Below are positions 60,386 to 64,000 of a DNA stretch of 64,000 bases, one piece after another. Position numbers and translations under genes: made by a program. The stretch spans positions 174,408,001 to 174,472,000 of the forward strand of contig NC_086097.1 in NCBI RefSeq assembly GCF_963921235.1. Reading direction: 5' to 3'. Within the stretch, counting starts at the first letter, position 1; each line of letters starts with the position of its first letter. Under the pieces are notes generated by a model. The model did not search any database. It saw only the letters and a program-made list of their open reading frames with translations, and was not told where the DNA came from. The DNA comes from Mobula hypostoma (lineage: Eukaryota).

Positions 60386-61524
60386 GTTTGGTAAAATGTT
60401 TTTCAGTAAATCCTTAGTTTTATGTGATGTAATAAATTTCCAGGTCTGAATTATGTACAGTTTAAACAAATACTTCAGCTTTCATCAGAAGGATGCCTGG
60501 CCAATGGATATGGATTATACATTTGAGCACCTGGATTTTAACATGTTCATTTATACAGCATTCCTGATTTTGATATGGCTGTTCTAGACATTTTACATAA
60601 TTGTTCTGGCTGCAAATGAAAGCTCATTAATATTATGGTACATTATTAAGTTCAGATATATCCCTTAAATTTAGAGAAAAAATATCAAAAGCAGAGAGTC
60701 GTCTGTATGAGTATTAATGTTCATTGTTTTACTGACGTTTCACTGGCTTCCTGATGCATAATCATGATCGTTCCTGTAAGCCCTTAAAGTGACAAACTAC
60801 TCAACAACAACTGAGAGCACCAAAGAACATTAGATATTGGATCTCGAATTTTTCAATCCCTTACAATTTCTGGACAAGATGAGGAATAGGATTCTATGAA
60901 TGAGAGACACTAGGTTGCGGATGTGCTGGAGCTGATCGTATATACATACATTTGGATATCCTGGATGAAATCTATTTCATACTTTCACTTAATTACTAAC
61001 TCAATGATTGAGCTCTATGCCATCTTGCAGTCTTGTCTGCAATTGGTCTTGAGGACTAGGATAGCTTTTCCTTTTGCTGTCATGTCACTTTGGTGTTGAA
61101 TTATTCAATTCAAAAAGCTGGCTGAATGCCTATATTAATTAGGTATCTGGTGGCTTGTTTGCTGGCAGAAATACATTTATAACTTTCCCATTGGGAATTG
61201 TATAATTAACTGGCGAATAGGTTTCATTCTTTGAGTATCCAGGTTAAAAAATACGGAATACATCTTATCTAGAATACAGAAATGGGGCATTGGACTATTG
61301 GGCCAGGGCCAGTGCTTCTGTTCCAATTTTACTAGTTTTTTTTTCTATGTCCTCCTATTCTTTATCCTTCATGGACTTAGCTACCTTTGCCAAAATATAT
61401 ATATAAGCTCTTCTGTACATGCTGACAGGTAGTGAAAGTGCAGCTGAATTTCCTATTGGATTCTTTCTTTCTTTTGTTCTTCAGCAGCCCATTGCGATCA
61501 AGAATGACTTGCACTCACTCAAGT

Positions 61525-63225
61525 TTAGTCATAACCATAGTCATAGTCATACTTTATTGATCTCGGGGGAATTGGTTTTCGTTACAGTTGCACCATAAAT
61601 AATAAATAGTAATAAAACCATAAATAGTTAAATAGTAATATGTGAATTATGCCAGTAAATTATGAAATAAGTCCAAGACCAGCCTATTGGCTCAGGGTGT
61701 CTGACCCTCCAAGGGAGGAGTTGTAAAGTTCGATGGCCACAGGCAGGAATGACTTCCTATGACGCTCAGTGTTGCATCTCGGTGGAATGAGTCTCTGGCT
61801 GAATGTACTCCTGTGCCCACCCAGTACATTATGTAGTGGATGGGAGACATTGACCAAGATGGCATGCAACTTAGACAGCATCCTCTTTTCAGACACCACC
61901 GTGAGAGAGTCCAGTTCCATCCCCACAACATCACTGGCCTTACGAATGAGTTTGTTGATTCTGTTGGTGTCTGCTACCCTCAGCCTGCTGCCCCAGCACA
62001 CAACAGCAAACATGATCGCACTGGCCACCACAGACTCGTAGAACATCCTCAGCATCGTCCGGCAGATGTTAAAGGACCTCAGTCTCCTCAGGAAATAGAG
62101 ACGGCTCTGACCCTTCTTGTAGACAGCCTCAGTGTTCTTTGACCAGTCCAGTTTAATTTTCAATTCATATCCCTAGGTATTTGTAATCCTCCACCGTCCA
62201 CACTGACCTCCTAGATGGAAACAGGGGTCACCGGTACCTTAGCTCTCCTCAGGTCTACCACCAGCTCCTTAGTCTTTTTCACATTAAACTGCAGATAATT
62301 CTGCTCACACCATGTGACAAAGTTTCCTACCGTAGCCTTGTACTCAGCCTCATCTCCCTTGTTGACGCATCCAACTATGGCAGAGTCATCCGAAAACTTC
62401 TGAAGATGACAAGACTCTGTGCAGTAGTTGGTCCGAGGTGTAAATGGTGAAGAGAAAGAGAGACAAGACAGTCCCCTGTGGAGCCCCAGTGCTGCTGATC
62501 ACTATGTCGGACACACAGTGTTGCAAGCACACGTACTGTGGTCTGCTAATCAGGTAATCAAGAATCCATGATACCAGGTAAGCATCCACCTGCATCGCTG
62601 TCAGCTTCTCCCCCAGCAGAGCAGGGCAGATGGTGTTGAACGCACTGGAGAAGTCAAAAAACATGACCCTCACAGTGCTCGCTGGCTTGTCCAGGTGGGC
62701 GTAGACACGGTTCAGCAGGTAGACGATGGCATCCTCAACTCCTAGTCGGGGCTGGTAGGCGAACTGGAGGGGATCTAAGTGTGGCCTGACCATAGGCCGG
62801 AGCAGCTCCAGAACAAGTCTCTCCAGGGTCTTCATGATGTGGGAGGTCAATGCCACCAGTCTGTAGTCATTGAGGCCGCTGGGGCGCGGCGTCTTCAGCA
62901 CAGGGACGAGGCAGGATGTCTTCCACAATACAGGAACCCTCCGGAGCCTCAGGCTCAGGCTGAATACATGGCGAAGTACTGCACATAGCTGAGGGGCACA
63001 GGCTTTGAGCACCCTGATACTGACACCATCCGGTCCTGCAGCCTTGCTTGGGTTGAGACGTTTCAGCTGTCTTCTCACCTGTAGAGCTGTGAAGCCCACT
63101 GTGGTGGCTTCGTGTGGGGAAGGGGTATAGTCATGAGAGCAGGGTGGGGGACTGTGAGGAGGGGTAGGAGGGGAGAGTGGAATATGTGTTGGTTGGGGGC
63201 CGACAACAGATGGCTCGTGGGGGAT
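61525..63225 (-). mobile_element. Young 5'-truncated Rex1-type LINE (RT domain)
   Basis: KAAGPDG, LTSHIMKTLERL, DPLQFAYQ, FFDFSSAFNTI, GAPQGTVLS, KFSDD; (GACTAT)n tail; a few frameshifts. Confidence 0.93.
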
Positions 63226-64000
63226 GGGCACATACTGGGTTATGAGGTGACTGGTTAAGCCAGTGTATGAGCCACAGGGTTATGGGCTGAATGAACACAG
63301 GAAATTAGGACTAGCTGGGTGGGCTGCATGTTCAGCATGGAGTGGTTGGGCCAAAGGGCCCGTATCTATGCTATATTGTTCTATGAACTATTACATAGAT
63401 AGAGAAGCGATAGCTCATGGGGCAAACAAGTGGGTAGGTAATTAGTGAGCTGATACATCCTTTGTGAGGTATGATCTTTTTATGTGGCCTCAAGGTTCTG
63501 AATACTGAATGTTTCTTCTCCACTTTGAATGGTTCTGGGCCAGACTCTTGGGAATTTTTTCCTCTGTCCATCTCGTAAACTTCCTCCTATGACAGAGCTT
63601 GAAACAATGTTAACTATTATAGTTTGGAATTGGGGCTGCAAAAGCAATAGAACTTCTTTCCTATTTTAATAATACAGAAGTAAGGACTAAATATTCAGAG
63701 AGACAGAACCCCAAGTTTATGTTGCCAAATTTGTTAAGAGTTTATTGCTTACTTTTTAAATCCTTTATTTGTTTGCAGACAGATTATAGGCAGATCTGTA
63801 TAATCATGATAATCTATCTTCACATCCTGATTTGACAGCTAAGTATTTCTTAAATATTAACTAAGTTAACTTAAATATTTCTGATTCTAGTCTCCGTGTC
63901 TGGAATAAGATATGCAAACTTTGCTAGCGTGAAGTGCAAGGTCTGTGTTTTATAAACTCTCAAGTCCCTTTCAAATGTAGACACAAATTTGGATTTATAG

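Noticed and set aside
62386..63231. 281-aa ORF as a functional reverse transcriptase
   Set aside because: 5'-truncated Rex1-type copy; the frame breaks just before the FSDD motif and there is no endonuclease.
1..64000. Prokaryotic or viral system (operon, CRISPR array, retron, defence island)
   Set aside because: No gene-dense ORFs or repeat-spacer arrays; all RT fragments are eukaryotic LINE/PLE types and a spliceosomal exon is present.
60386..64000. Next STK3 exon (expected to begin HPF...)
   Set aside because: No matching sequence seen; it presumably lies beyond the window.

Overview
Vertebrate nuclear DNA, very likely a cartilaginous fish (ray/shark, inferred from the repeat spectrum); it is not microbial. 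The only host coding sequence found is one 138-nt internal exon of the Hippo-pathway kinase STK3 (MST2) at 60248-60385 (+), so the rest is best read as a >60 kb upstream intron plus the start of the next intron. The introns are packed with nested, mostly decayed transposons: a full-length L1-clade LINE with TSD, CR1 LINEs with zinc-finger/SGNH-esterase ORF1, Rex1/Babar-type LINEs, RTE fragments, V-SINEs, a CORE-like SINE, hAT (Charlie/SPIN-Buster type), Tc1 and Tigger/pogo DNA transposons, and a BEL/Pao LTR remnant. The most interesting signals are: (i) short non-coding Penelope-derived units with their own 11-16 bp TSDs that carry minimal hammerhead ribozyme motifs, one with an intact core in the STK3 sense direction; (ii) a TSD-flanked RTE-type non-coding element with an HDV-ribozyme-like fold; (iii) a BEL/Pao remnant in INT-LTR-gag-LTR (tandem) order; (iv) a templated 30-nt insertion copied from 1.8 kb away; (v) near-identical inverted LINE copies bracketing the exon; and (vi) repeat-poor blocks that may be conserved enhancers. 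Almost all ORFs in the track are TE fragments or noise. Boundaries not tied to a TSD, TIR or splice site are approximate.
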